From: an uncultured Alphaproteobacteria bacterium
GTDB taxonomy: Bacteria > Pseudomonadota > Alphaproteobacteria > Methylaequorales > Methylaequoraceae
DNA length: 64,000 nt
Direction of reading: 5' to 3'
NCBI GenBank assembly: GCA_902542925.1
Contig: CACBWF010000001.1
Coordinates: 41,569-105,568 of the forward strand
Part shown: positions 9,291 through 19,299 of the stretch, piece by piece
Layout of the letters: every line of letters starts with the position of its first letter
Numbering within the stretch: the stretch's first letter is position 1
Notes under the pieces: model-generated
Seen by the model: the letters and a program-made list of their open reading frames with translations, nothing else
What the model was told of the DNA's origin: nothing
The model's database searches: none
Made by a program: the position numbers and the translations under genes

Positions 9291-10079
9291 ATGAGTACAA
9301 ACGCAATGCACGTAGCAAAAACTGGGTTAAATGCACAACAAGTCAGGATGCAAATTATTTCCAATAACTTAGCCAATGTAAATACTAATGGCTTCAAAAG
9401 AGATAGAGCAAATTTTGAATCACTTCTTTATCAGGTTATCCGAAGCAGTGGTGCCCAAACATCCGTTGACACTGAACTTACATCTGGTTTTTCTGTTGGC
9501 ACTGGCGTAAATATTGTGAACTCAAACAAGTTGCATTCACAGGGTAGCATCGTCTCAACAGATAATGCTTTAGATCTTGCAATAGATGGAGGTGGTTTTT
9601 TTCAAGTGCTTTTACCTGACGGACAAATTGTTTATACTCGAAATGGAGCATTCGCAAGAAATAATGAAGGTACATTGACTACAAATAGTGGATTTATACT
9701 CCAGCCAGAGATAGTGATTCCAGCTGAAGCAACAAAAATAAATGTTTCATCCGATGGAATTGTATCCGTTCAAATTCCTGAACAGGTTGATGCACAGGAA
9801 GTCGGACAGCTCCAACTAGCTGATTTTCAGAATAGAACTGGTCTTCAACCTATTGGTGAAAATTTTTATATTGAAACTACAGCAAGCGGTCCACCAGTAT
9901 TAGAAAATCCATTCAATGCTGGATTTGGAAAACTTATTCAGGGCTCACTTGAGAGTTCAAATGTAAATGTTATTCAAGAACTTGTAGATATGATTGAAAC
10001 ACAAAGAGCGTATGAAGTAAATTCGAAAGCAATTACATCAGTAGATGAAATGCTTAGATTTGTAAGTAATAATCTTTAG
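9291..10079 (+). CDS. flgG: Flagellar basal-body rod protein FlgG
   Basis: N-terminus HVAKTGLNAQQVRMQIISNNLANVNTNGFKR. C-terminal METQRAYEVNSKAITS motif. Confidence 0.9.
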   Translation: MSTNAMHVAKTGLNAQQVRMQIISNNLANVNTNGFKRDRANFESLLYQVIRSSGAQTSVDTELTSGFSVGTGVNIVNSNKLHSQGSIVSTDNALDLAIDGGGFFQVLLPDGQIVYTRNGAFARNNEGTLTTNSGFILQPEIVIPAEATKINVSSDGIVSVQIPEQVDAQEVGQLQLADFQNRTGLQPIGENFYIETTASGPPVLENPFNAGFGKLIQGSLESSNVNVIQELVDMIETQRAYEVNSKAITSVDEMLRFVSNNL

Positions 10080-10090
10080 GAGTTAGGTAA

Positions 10091-10780
10091 ATGAAATATA
10101 TATTTTCTTTATCATTATTCTTTTTGTTCAGTTGTTCAACATATATGGAACATAAAATAGGTGAAGACTTCAAAAGTATTCAGCCTGAATATACTAATAT
10201 TGAAAGAAAGGAATCGAAAGATGGGACTGTATATGACGGCGGCGGCGGCTTGTTTGCTTCAGACAGAAGAGCTAATAATGTTGGCGACATAATTACTATA
10301 ACATTAGAAGAATCTATGTCAGCTGCAAATTCAGGATCTGAAACACTTTCTAAGAGCGACTCTTATGTTTTTGATCTTCCTGAAGCTCTTTTTGGCCCAA
10401 GTTCACTAATTGGTAAATTTTTATTTCCTGGAGGTGTCAAAGAAGATAGACTACAGGCAGGAACAACGCAAAGTTTTACTGGAAGTGGTACAGCTGCACA
10501 AGCGAATACTTTAACTGGAACAATATCAGTAACTGTGGTGAGAGTGTTTCCTAATGGTAATTTAGAAGTTAAAGGTGAAAGAAAACTATCTTATAACAGT
10601 GGTACAGAGTTTATTAGAGTTGCTGGAGTTATTAGACCTGAAGACATTTCATCGTCAAACACTGTATCTTCAACAAAAGTTGCAGATGCACAAATATCCT
10701 ATACAGGAACTGGAGATATGAATGATAGTGTAACCAGGGGTTGGTTGGGAAGATATTTTGCTTATATTTCGCCATTTTAA
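10091..10780 (+). CDS. flgH: Flagellar L-ring lipoprotein FlgH
   Basis: Lipobox LFSC; FlgH core [18 protein letters not shown]...RPEDIS. Confidence 0.85.
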   Translation: MKYIFSLSLFFLFSCSTYMEHKIGEDFKSIQPEYTNIERKESKDGTVYDGGGGLFASDRRANNVGDIITITLEESMSAANSGSETLSKSDSYVFDLPEALFGPSSLIGKFLFPGGVKEDRLQAGTTQSFTGSGTAAQANTLTGTISVTVVRVFPNGNLEVKGERKLSYNSGTEFIRVAGVIRPEDISSSNTVSSTKVADAQISYTGTGDMNDSVTRGWLGRYFAYISPF

Positions 10781-11909
10781 AATGAAAAATAAACTTAAAA
10801 TTTTTATATACCTTGTATTACTAATTTTTTCAGCTAAAGAGTTGTCTGCTGACAGAATTAAGGATTTAGTCACAATAGCTGGAATAAGAACAAATCAACT
10901 TGTAGGTTATGGATTGGTAATAGGACTCGCTAAAACAGGTGATGGAAGTGTCAACTTAACAAAACAAAGTATCGCAGCAATGATTTCTCAGTTTGGTGTA
11001 ATTGCAAATACTGCTGATATAGACGGCAGTAATTCGGCGACAGTTATGGTAACAGCTACTCTACCCCCATTTTCAAAACCTGGGCAAACAATAGATGTCA
11101 CAGTTTCAACTATAGGAAAGGCAAAATCGTTAAAGGGTGGAACCTTATTGATGACAGCTTTAAAAGGTGCTGATGGAGATGTTTATGCAATTGCTCAAGG
11201 AAATTTGGTAGTGGGCGGATTAGGAGTTGAAGGAGCAGACGGTTCAAGTACAATTCAAGGTACACCAACAGTAGGAAGAATTCCTGGAGGAGCAACGGTT
11301 GAAAAATTGGTTGAATCAAATTTTCTTGAAAAGGGTAATGTTGTTCTTAATCTTCATCAATCCGATTTTTCACAAGCAAATAAAGTTGCTGAAACAATTA
11401 ATGAAACGTTTGGACCAGAAGTTGCTACACCCTTAGATTCAACTTCAATTAAAGTAAGAACACCATCTGATCCATCACAAAAAGTTTCTTTTATTGGTTT
11501 GTTAGAAAATATTGCTTTTGAACCAGTTCGTCCTAAAGCAAAAGTTGTTGTAAATTCTAGAACAGGCACAGTGGTAATCGGTGGAGATGTAAGAATTTCT
11601 CCAGCAGCAGTTGCTCATGGTTCTCTTTCAGTAAAAATAAAGGAAGATACAAAACTGCTTTCAGAAGGAACTGGAACAGTTGTAGGTACATCAGCTACAG
11701 TAGCTGGTACTGCTGCAGCTACTGCAGCAGATACAGAAATAGAAGTTGATCAACAACCTGCAAGAGCGTTTGTCTTTGATCCAGGTATTGAATTACAAAC
11801 ACTTGTGGATGCATTAAATGAAACTGGAACTACAGCAACGGATATGGTTGCTATACTGGAAGCACTTAGAGAGGCAGGTTCGTTAAGGGCTGAATTAATT
11901 ATTATTTAA
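10758..11909 (+). CDS. flgI: Flagellar P-ring protein FlgI
   Basis: [25 protein letters not shown]...[10 protein letters not shown] is the FlgI pattern. Signal peptide present. Confidence 0.9.
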   Translation: MLIFRHFKMKNKLKIFIYLVLLIFSAKELSADRIKDLVTIAGIRTNQLVGYGLVIGLAKTGDGSVNLTKQSIAAMISQFGVIANTADIDGSNSATVMVTATLPPFSKPGQTIDVTVSTIGKAKSLKGGTLLMTALKGADGDVYAIAQGNLVVGGLGVEGADGSSTIQGTPTVGRIPGGATVEKLVESNFLEKGNVVLNLHQSDFSQANKVAETINETFGPEVATPLDSTSIKVRTPSDPSQKVSFIGLLENIAFEPVRPKAKVVVNSRTGTVVIGGDVRISPAAVAHGSLSVKIKEDTKLLSEGTGTVVGTSATVAGTAAATAADTEIEVDQQPARAFVFDPGIELQTLVDALNETGTTATDMVAILEALREAGSLRAELIII

Positions 11910-11919
11910 GGTAACCAAA

Positions 11920-12231
11920 ATGGACAATGTAAATCATCTTGAAAAATTTAAATTACAGATAGAACTTGGTGATAATAACAAGAAATTAGCGGGAATACAG
12001 AATCTTGAGCAAGTTGCTCAAGAGTTTGAATCTTTGTTTGTCCATCAAATGTTAAAAAGTGCTAGGAATGCAAAACTTGCTGAATCAATATTCCACAATG
12101 ATGCTCAGGATACTTATCAAACTCTTTTAGATCAGGAGTATTCAAAATCACTTGCTAAAAATCATAATTTTGGAATTGCTGAATCACTTGTTAGACAGTT
12201 TGGCAATTATGTAAAAGGAACGGAAGATTAA
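11920..12231 (+). CDS. flgJ: Flagellar rod-binding protein (FlgJ N-terminal domain only, no muramidase domain)
   Basis: 103 aa. FESLFVHQMLKSARNAKLAESIF rod-binding motif. Sits between flgI and flgK. Confidence 0.65.
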   Translation: MDNVNHLEKFKLQIELGDNNKKLAGIQNLEQVAQEFESLFVHQMLKSARNAKLAESIFHNDAQDTYQTLLDQEYSKSLAKNHNFGIAESLVRQFGNYVKGTED

Positions 12232-15200
12232 TGCCAAGTTTATTTGACATCGGAAAAAGTGGATTACAAGCTTACAGGCAGTCACTTGCTGTTACTGGAC
12301 AAAATATAGCAAATGTAAACACCAAAGGGTATAAAAAAAGAGATGCCTCATTAGCAGAAGTTTCTGGTGCTGGTGGTGGCGTAACTGAAATATCTGATCA
12401 AACAGGTTTAGGTGTAAGAGTTGAACAAATCAGACGTTCGTTTGACGAATTTTTACTAGATAAATCAAGACAAGCAAGCGCATTATTTCAAAAGTCTGAT
12501 ACTTTTTTACAGGAAGTAAGAGATCTGGAAAATCTTTTGTTACCAGGCGATTCAAATTTAAGTTCTTCAATATCAAATTTTTTTAATGCTTTACAGGAAG
12601 TAGCTGCTGCGCCAGATGATCAGGCTCCAAGGATAGTTGCAAATGAACAAGGTAAAGATATGGCTGGTCAATTCAATCTTTATTCTGATAGAATAGATAA
12701 CTTGAAAGGTAGACTGAAAAGCCAAGCAAATAATGCAGTAACTTCAGTAAATTTATTGTTAACACAACTTTCAAGTATAAATGAAGATTTATTAACTTCT
12801 GGATTAACCTCTCAAACTTCAAATGCAAAACTTGATCAGAGAGACCTGTTAATTGATCAATTATCTGAAATATCTCAAATAACTGTAAATTACGGATCAA
12901 GAGGTGATGCTCTAATAAGATTGGGTAATACAGGATCTGGACCAATAATTCTCGAAAAAGATAAGATTAGTAAAATTGATGTTTTAGAACAGGGTGAAAG
13001 ATTACAACCCGTTGTTGGTCTAGGAAAAGTTGCAACAAATCAAATACAAGGTGGAATAATAAGTGGTTTAGCAGATGCTTATGCGCTTGTCGGCGATACT
13101 CAAAATGAAATTGATAACTTAGCAATAATTGTTGCTAAGAATTTTAATCAAATTAATAAAAATGGGCTTAATCTTGAAGGTAATATTGGCAAAAAAATGT
13201 TTTCGGTAACAAGTCTTGAAGCCATTGCAAACCCTACAAATAGAACAACAGTTGGAGCTGAAATAATTGTTGATGATCCAGAAATACTTAAAAGAGATAA
13301 TTATAGTCTGCAATATAGTAGTTCAAATAATTCATGGACATTAAATTCTTCATCATTAGATTCACCAATTGTTTCTAACACTTCTCAAATTGAAGGTCCT
13401 GGATTTAAAGTTTCAATATTTGGCTCTGCTATGGATGGAGACGAATTCAATTTAAAACCAGTAAATGAATCAAAAGGAATTCAATATCTTTTTACTAGAC
13501 CTCAAGATATTGCTGCTGCTGCCAAAATACTAATTAGCTCTGATACACAAAATTTGGGCAGTGCACAACTTCAAGAAATACCTTTAATAGCTTCAGTAGA
13601 TGATACAACTTTAGAAAATATTGAAAGTGTCTTTTCTAACAGTCTTCACCCAGTTACTTCAACTCAATTTTCTTCTGATGGAGGCGTTGCAATCATTCAG
13701 GAAGGAACGAGTAGTGTAAATTTAAGTTCGTACAAAGCCCAACCAACTGCAAAATTTGGTTTGTCTTCTTCAGATATAAGTAGTTTGACAAATATGACAT
13801 TGACCCTATCTGATTCAAGTACGGTTTCAGTTGATCTAACTGGACTATCCTCAATTCAAGAAGTAGCCCAGACTCTTAATAATGGTTTGGATGTAAATGG
13901 AAGCTCACACAATTTTAGAACGAAAGGATTATTCGCATCTGGCGGTGATTCATCTTTAACAATTGCAAGTAATAATCTAACTTTCAATTCAGCAACACTA
14001 TCTACAGGAACTACTCTTAATGGAGTAATTAATAATCCTACAGTTACTGCTGCAAGTGATATTCAAATTTTTACAAGAGAGGGAAGACATTTATCTGGAA
14101 CAACTCTTTCTACATCAGAAATTGCTAAATACCTTACAAAAGAAAATGGTTTTAATATTTCAGCTGAGTATAGAGCAGACTATCTAAATGGTACAGGTTC
14201 AGAACAATATAGAGGAATTGAAATAGAACGCTCAACAACAGCAGGTAATCATACAGTTAGTTTGATGGCAAATGGTAGTAATAGTTTTAGTGCTCAACAG
14301 CATGCCAGCACATTGCCAGCTAGCAACGTAACATCAGCTTATACATTAAAAGTTACATCTGGAAGTAGTTCAAGTTCGGTTAATATAAGTGTGCCAGTTG
14401 AATCATCAGCGGGATATGTAGCAGGACTTATTAATACTCAAGCAAATAATTTAGGTGTTGAAGCTACTGCACTGACGAGAGTAAAAATTCCTGCACCAAG
14501 TTCAAATGGTACAATTTCTTTTTCTTTAAAAAGTAAAGCTGGAACAAATAGTACTGTATCAATAAGCGCTTCAGTGCTTTCAGATGATTTAACTAACTTA
14601 GCAACCGCTATAAATAACTTTTCTGGCAGGACTGGAGTAACAGCATATCTTTCTAATGATAAAAATCATGTAATTATGGAAAATACAGAGGGTGATGATA
14701 TAGAATTGACTTCATTTACGGCACCGGCTAATTTGACATTATCGCTCTTAAAATCAGACTTTTCATCAGCAGCAACATTAACAAATATGGGATCAACAAA
14801 TAAAGCTGCTCGATTTGGTGGAGAATTACAAATTGAATCATCTGGAACAATTACAACATCAAACGATGGTGGCTCAACAAATATCTCAAGTTCAGCAAAT
14901 GCTTTTAAAGATGGTTTTTTTAAAATTAGTTCTTCAACAACTGGTGAAACAAAAACTATAAAACCTGTCACTCTAGAAGGTGATATATCCGGTTCTCATC
15001 CAAGTGGAATTGATGCATCAAGTTCAGTTTTATCTTATGGGTTAACACTTCCTCAAACTGGAACAGGAACACAATTTACAACTTCATTTGATGCATCTAA
15101 ACTTGAAAGTGTCTCTGCTAACTCGGTAGCTAAATCACTCGCTGATGGGTTAAGATCTTCAAGCCCTTCAGTAGAAATTAGAGGGAATTCTATTAGTAGT

Positions 15201-17300
15201 TTACCAGCTGACGATTCGAGTTTTCAAATTAATCATGACGGTTTAACATATACTATAACTATGAAAAATGGCGAGGCAAGAATATCTGGGGGAGAAACAG
15301 ATATGGTTGATGCATATTTTGAAGATCCAAATGAAATAACAATAAATACTACTGGGTTTAATAGTACCTCAACAATAACTAGTACTGAACACGGATTAGA
15401 AACTGGTGATGCAATTATCTATAATGCTGCTGAAAAAGTCAAAGTGGATACAACAAATTTTACTTCAACTGTAAGTATTACAGCTGAAAGTCATGGGTTT
15501 ACAACTGGAGATCCTATTGTCTATAAAGCTGGTGGTAATCTTCCTATAAATGGCCTAACAGATGGAACTACTTACTTTGCAATTAGAGTCGACGCAGATA
15601 CATTTAAATTAGCTACCACGAGCTCAAATGCGTCAGGAGGAACAGCTATAACAATTACAGGGGGTTCTGGAGGAAGTGTTGAAGATACGTTTGCAAGTCC
15701 AATTACTGGTCTTACGGATGGAGAGACATATTTTGTAGTTAAAACTGATGATCACAACTTTAAATTAGCGCAAACATTAGCATTAGCAACAAATGCTTCT
15801 CCTTCTACTATTACTATTGCTGGGCAGACAGGAGGTAACGCATTGGACACTTTTGACCCAGGAAAAAGACTTTATCTTTCAGCAGGTAAAACAATTTCAG
15901 CATCACAATTTTCATTTGCAACTGATAGTGTAAATGATACTAATGCTACAGCTTTTGGAATGCTTGATTCCAACATTGAAACAACAATAACTGGTTCTTC
16001 AATCACAACTCCTGCAGCTAGTGATTCCACCCATTTTCATCTTCAACTTAATGAGTATGCAAATCCAATTGGAGTATTTGTTAGAGCTAATTCTAAAACG
16101 ATAAATACATCAACAGTCGGTGGTTCTTCAACTACACTTACATCAGCAGGTCATGGATTTAAAACTGGAGATAAAATTCTTTATACAGCAGCTGGAACTG
16201 CGATGTCCGGTCTATCAGGTGGAACTTCTTATTTTGCAAAAGTTGTAGATGCTAATACATTTAGCCTAGCATCAACTTTTGAAAATGCAACAGCTGATAC
16301 CCCTACCCTATTAAGTTTTGGAGGTGGTAATGGACATGCATCTGATACATTCGCTACCGTTTATGCTCAGGCTTACATTAGTGACAATTTATCAGCACCT
16401 GCAACAACTATTGGTATATCCGCAGAAATAAATCAAGTCAGTGATACAAATGCTCAAATTTCCATTATAAAAGAGGCAGATAAAAATAGTCTAATTGTTG
16501 ATACAATCACTGCAAGTGATGGAACAGCTGCAGAAAATTTTGGTTTTAAAACAAACCTAACCAGAGTCAATGTTTTAAATGATGAGATAAAAATTACATC
16601 AATTTCTACCGATCAAACTAATAGTAAGGCAATAAGTGTATCAGCTAATAATATGAGTTCGTTGGTAGGTAATAATTTGACAATAAATAATTTACCTCCT
16701 GAAGATCTAATTATTTTATCAACTGGTTCAGGTGCTAACAAAATAGCTGCGAGTTATGGTGAGAAAATACCTGTCATTGATAACTCTGAATTCAGATTTG
16801 TAATAGACTCAACCAATTCGAGTCAGGTTGAAATATTTGAAGCAGATACCTTACATTCAATTGCAACACGCCTTATTCCTACTGATGGGAAATTTAGTGC
16901 AATCGATAGATCCTTTGAAATTACAGGAGAAACAAAGGTCAAAGATATCTTTCATATTCAGAATAACAATGAAGGTGTTGGTGATAATAGGAATATTTTA
17001 CAGATGATAGCTCTTCAAGAATCAGATGTAAATGGACTTAATTCAGGAAGTTTTCAAGATATTTTTAATACCACCTTAACAGAAATTGGATCAACAGTAA
17101 GGTCTGCTGAAATGAATGCCAGTAATAATGAAGCTAGTAGAGATGAGGCAAAAGCTCTTGAAGATGAAAGATCTGGAGTTGAAATGGATGAAGAAGCAGC
17201 AGCTCTAATTCAATTTCAACAATCTTACTCAGCAAATGCGAGAATCATTCAAACAGCAAGAGAATTATTTGATTCTCTAATTCAAGTCATAAGATCATGA
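12231..17300 (+). CDS. flgK: Flagellar hook-associated protein 1 FlgK, giant variant with a ~1200-aa central insertion
   Basis: Canonical FlgK N-terminus MPSLFDIGKSGLQAYRQSLAVTGQNIANVNTKGYKKR. Canonical C-terminus EEAAALIQFQQSYSANARIIQTARELFDSLI. Single uninterrupted 1689-codon frame. Confidence 0.8.
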   Translation: MPSLFDIGKSGLQAYRQSLAVTGQNIANVNTKGYKKRDASLAEVSGAGGGVTEISDQTGLGVRVEQIRRSFDEFLLDKSRQASALFQKSDTFLQEVRDLENLLLPGDSNLSSSISNFFNALQEVAAAPDDQAPRIVANEQGKDMAGQFNLYSDRIDNLKGRLKSQANNAVTSVNLLLTQLSSINEDLLTSGLTSQTSNAKLDQRDLLIDQLSEISQITVNYGSRGDALIRLGNTGSGPIILEKDKISKIDVLEQGERLQPVVGLGKVATNQIQGGIISGLADAYALVGDTQNEIDNLAIIVAKNFNQINKNGLNLEGNIGKKMFSVTSLEAIANPTNRTTVGAEIIVDDPEILKRDNYSLQYSSSNNSWTLNSSSLDSPIVSNTSQIEGPGFKVSIFGSAMDGDEFNLKPVNESKGIQYLFTRPQDIAAAAKILISSDTQNLGSAQLQEIPLIASVDDTTLENIESVFSNSLHPVTSTQFSSDGGVAIIQEGTSSVNLSSYKAQPTAKFGLSSSDISSLTNMTLTLSDSSTVSVDLTGLSSIQEVAQTLNNGLDVNGSSHNFRTKGLFASGGDSSLTIASNNLTFNSATLSTGTTLNGVINNPTVTAASDIQIFTREGRHLSGTTLSTSEIAKYLTKENGFNISAEYRADYLNGTGSEQYRGIEIERSTTAGNHTVSLMANGSNSFSAQQHASTLPASNVTSAYTLKVTSGSSSSSVNISVPVESSAGYVAGLINTQANNLGVEATALTRVKIPAPSSNGTISFSLKSKAGTNSTVSISASVLSDDLTNLATAINNFSGRTGVTAYLSNDKNHVIMENTEGDDIELTSFTAPANLTLSLLKSDFSSAATLTNMGSTNKAARFGGELQIESSGTITTSNDGGSTNISSSANAFKDGFFKISSSTTGETKTIKPVTLEGDISGSHPSGIDASSSVLSYGLTLPQTGTGTQFTTSFDASKLESVSANSVAKSLADGLRSSSPSVEIRGNSISSLPADDSSFQINHDGLTYTITMKNGEARISGGETDMVDAYFEDPNEITINTTGFNSTSTITSTEHGLETGDAIIYNAAEKVKVDTTNFTSTVSITAESHGFTTGDPIVYKAGGNLPINGLTDGTTYFAIRVDADTFKLATTSSNASGGTAITITGGSGGSVEDTFASPITGLTDGETYFVVKTDDHNFKLAQTLALATNASPSTITIAGQTGGNALDTFDPGKRLYLSAGKTISASQFSFATDSVNDTNATAFGMLDSNIETTITGSSITTPAASDSTHFHLQLNEYANPIGVFVRANSKTINTSTVGGSSTTLTSAGHGFKTGDKILYTAAGTAMSGLSGGTSYFAKVVDANTFSLASTFENATADTPTLLSFGGGNGHASDTFATVYAQAYISDNLSAPATTIGISAEINQVSDTNAQISIIKEADKNSLIVDTITASDGTAAENFGFKTNLTRVNVLNDEIKITSISTDQTNSKAISVSANNMSSLVGNNLTINNLPPEDLIILSTGSGANKIAASYGEKIPVIDNSEFRFVIDSTNSSQVEIFEADTLHSIATRLIPTDGKFSAIDRSFEITGETKVKDIFHIQNNNEGVGDNRNILQMIALQESDVNGLNSGSFQDIFNTTLTEIGSTVRSAEMNASNNEASRDEAKALEDERSGVEMDEEAAALIQFQQSYSANARIIQTARELFDSLIQVIRS

Positions 17301-17312
17301 AAAAATGCATTA

Positions 17313-17328
17313 CGGCATAATCTTTGCA
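17313..17328 (+). promoter_or_regulatory. Sigma-54-like promoter candidate (CGGCAT-N5-TTGCA) upstream of flgL
   Basis: GG-N10-GC spacing intact. Only ~20 nt from the flgL ATG, so the leader is very short. Confidence 0.3.
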
Positions 17329-17348
17329 GTTGAGATTTAGTTAATGTT

Positions 17349-18629
17349 ATGAAAATAAGTAGCAAATTATTTAATGAACAGCAATTGAATCTTCTCTCAA
17401 AACAAATGGAGAATATTCAATCTGTTCAATCTAAAATTGCATCTGGAAAAAATATAGTTTTTGCATCAGATGACCCCGTTGGTGCTGTTGAATTATCTGG
17501 GTTAAAAGATATAAACAGTAAGGTAGGGCAATATATTAATAATGCAGAACTTTCTTTGAGTAGACTTCAGATGATGGATGATACTCTGGAAGCAGCAAAA
17601 AATGTTTTTATTAGGTGTAACGAATTAGCTATTCAGGCAGCAAATGATGTTCTTGCACCTAGTGATAGAGAGTCTATTGCATTAGAGTTTGATGAATTAA
17701 AAAAGGAATTACTTTCTCTTGCAAATACGACAGATAGTACTGGAGCACATTTATTTTCTGGATTTAAAACTAAAACAACACCATTTGTAATGGATTCTAC
17801 AGGCACTGTAACCTATGAAGGAGATAGAGGTGTAATTAGTTTAGCAGTTTCAGAAAGTAGAATGTTAGAATCAACTATTGATGGTGGTACTGTTTTTAGA
17901 GATATTGTTACAAGTGACGGTGTTTCAACAGATTTATTTGAAGCAGTTGATAACATAAGTAGATCTATTCGAACGGCCTCCTCTGGAGTTGAAGCAGCAA
18001 AAGCGCCAGGTATAGCAAAAATAAATCTTACAAATGAAGATCCTGGAACATATAGTTTCACAATTACTTCTGGAAGCAAATCTGCAGACTTCTCAATTGA
18101 TATAACTGGTGCCGATTTATCGGATTTACGTACAGCAATTAACGCTGCTGATCTAGATATTACAGCAACACTTGAGGATTCAAATACAACTCTCAAACTT
18201 ACTAATACATTTAGTCAAGACATAACAATGAGTAATGTTAAAATTCCTGGTATTACAAAAGCACAAGAACAACCAACGTCTTTTTTTACTTTTCAACCAG
18301 TAGATGCATCTGGTAACAGTCTTGGAAACTCTCAAACCCTTTATGACTTTGATCAAACAATTGCAAGTCGACTAGACGAAATGGTTACTATTCAAAATCA
18401 TTTAGCTAATCAAAGAGCAAAAGTAGGAGCTAGATTAAATTCAGCACAAAGACAAACTGATATTATGAGGGAACGTCAACAGTTAATTAACAAAGATATA
18501 AGTGAATTAGCAGATGCAGATTTAGCTGAACTCGTTACACAACTACAATCACAATTAACAAGTCAAGAAGCAACCCAAAAAGCATTTGTAAGAATTTCTC
18601 AGTTAAATCTTTTTGACCATATTGGTTAA
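17349..18629 (+). CDS. flgL: Flagellar hook-associated protein 3 FlgL
   Basis: Flagellin-like N-terminus SKIASGKNIVFASDDPVGA. Position directly after flgK. Confidence 0.8.
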   Translation: MKISSKLFNEQQLNLLSKQMENIQSVQSKIASGKNIVFASDDPVGAVELSGLKDINSKVGQYINNAELSLSRLQMMDDTLEAAKNVFIRCNELAIQAANDVLAPSDRESIALEFDELKKELLSLANTTDSTGAHLFSGFKTKTTPFVMDSTGTVTYEGDRGVISLAVSESRMLESTIDGGTVFRDIVTSDGVSTDLFEAVDNISRSIRTASSGVEAAKAPGIAKINLTNEDPGTYSFTITSGSKSADFSIDITGADLSDLRTAINAADLDITATLEDSNTTLKLTNTFSQDITMSNVKIPGITKAQEQPTSFFTFQPVDASGNSLGNSQTLYDFDQTIASRLDEMVTIQNHLANQRAKVGARLNSAQRQTDIMRERQQLINKDISELADADLAELVTQLQSQLTSQEATQKAFVRISQLNLFDHIG

Positions 18630-19126
18630 AGAAGATCCTCAATTCCAAAATCTTTTTTTATGAGAGGTTCAAAAAATTCAAGACCTTTTTCATTTTTTAA
18701 GCTCCATCCAGAGGGTGCTTTTGGAATTGAACCTGCTCTTAGAGCAAAGCAATAAGCTTTAAATTCCTTAAAAAACTTATCTTCACTAAACTTTTTTTCT
18801 TTTGTACCGTCAAAAGCACTTCCAAACAGACCTTTAAGCTTTCTTGGTCCTTTTATACCATCATGTTTAAGAATGTAATATATAAAATGATTAACTCGTT
18901 CATGTGCTTCAAACTGAGCTCCTTTTAATTCCGCCATAAATCGAATAGATTCCTCAGCAGGCTTTGTTAACTCCTCAGTTGGTATTTCAATATATTCCTC
19001 TGAAAGACCCTCAGCATATTTCTTCCCAACCATTTCCAAGGAATATTGCTTGGTTAAAAAATCGTACATAACACATCCAACAGCTAAATCATACAAAAAG
19101 TGAGGACAATAAAGTTTTTCGCTCAT
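18626..19126 (-). CDS. Hypothetical protein encoded on the opposite strand between flgL and the flagellin genes
   Basis: 166 aa; no family recognised by eye. Confidence 0.4.
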   Translation of the reverse strand: MSEKLYCPHFLYDLAVGCVMYDFLTKQYSLEMVGKKYAEGLSEEYIEIPTEELTKPAEESIRFMAELKGAQFEAHERVNHFIYYILKHDGIKGPRKLKGLFGSAFDGTKEKKFSEDKFFKEFKAYCFALRAGSIPKAPSGWSLKNEKGLEFFEPLIKKDFGIEDLL

Positions 19127-19299
19127 TAAACTCTTGCTATTTTGTTAAAATAAAACATTGAATTCTCGTTATAGCACAAAAGTTTAAAAATCTTCAAGAT
19201 GTACTAAACAAATTTTTTGTTTGTCGTTTAACTTAACATGGTTTTTGGAAAAAACTGTAAATGGAAATAGTTAATGATAACTTTTAAGGAGAAACTAAT

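Noticed and set aside
12673-14971. Minus-strand ORFs (12673-12945, 13119-13313, 14666-14971) inside flgK
   Set aside because: Embedded in the continuous 1689-codon FlgK frame. No support.
12231-17300. Possibility that the giant flgK ORF is a misassembly or fusion of two genes
   Set aside because: Both termini are canonical FlgK and the frame is uninterrupted. Misassembly cannot be excluded without reads, so it is recorded as a caveat rather than called.
17813-18196. 127-aa minus-strand ORF inside flgL
   Set aside because: Shadow ORF within a supported CDS.
19127-19299. Possible sigma-28 (TAAA-N15-GCCGATAA-like) promoter upstream of the first short flagellin
   Set aside because: Only a weak match (TAAACAAA ... 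TCGTTTAA). No sigma-54 element either. Left uncalled.
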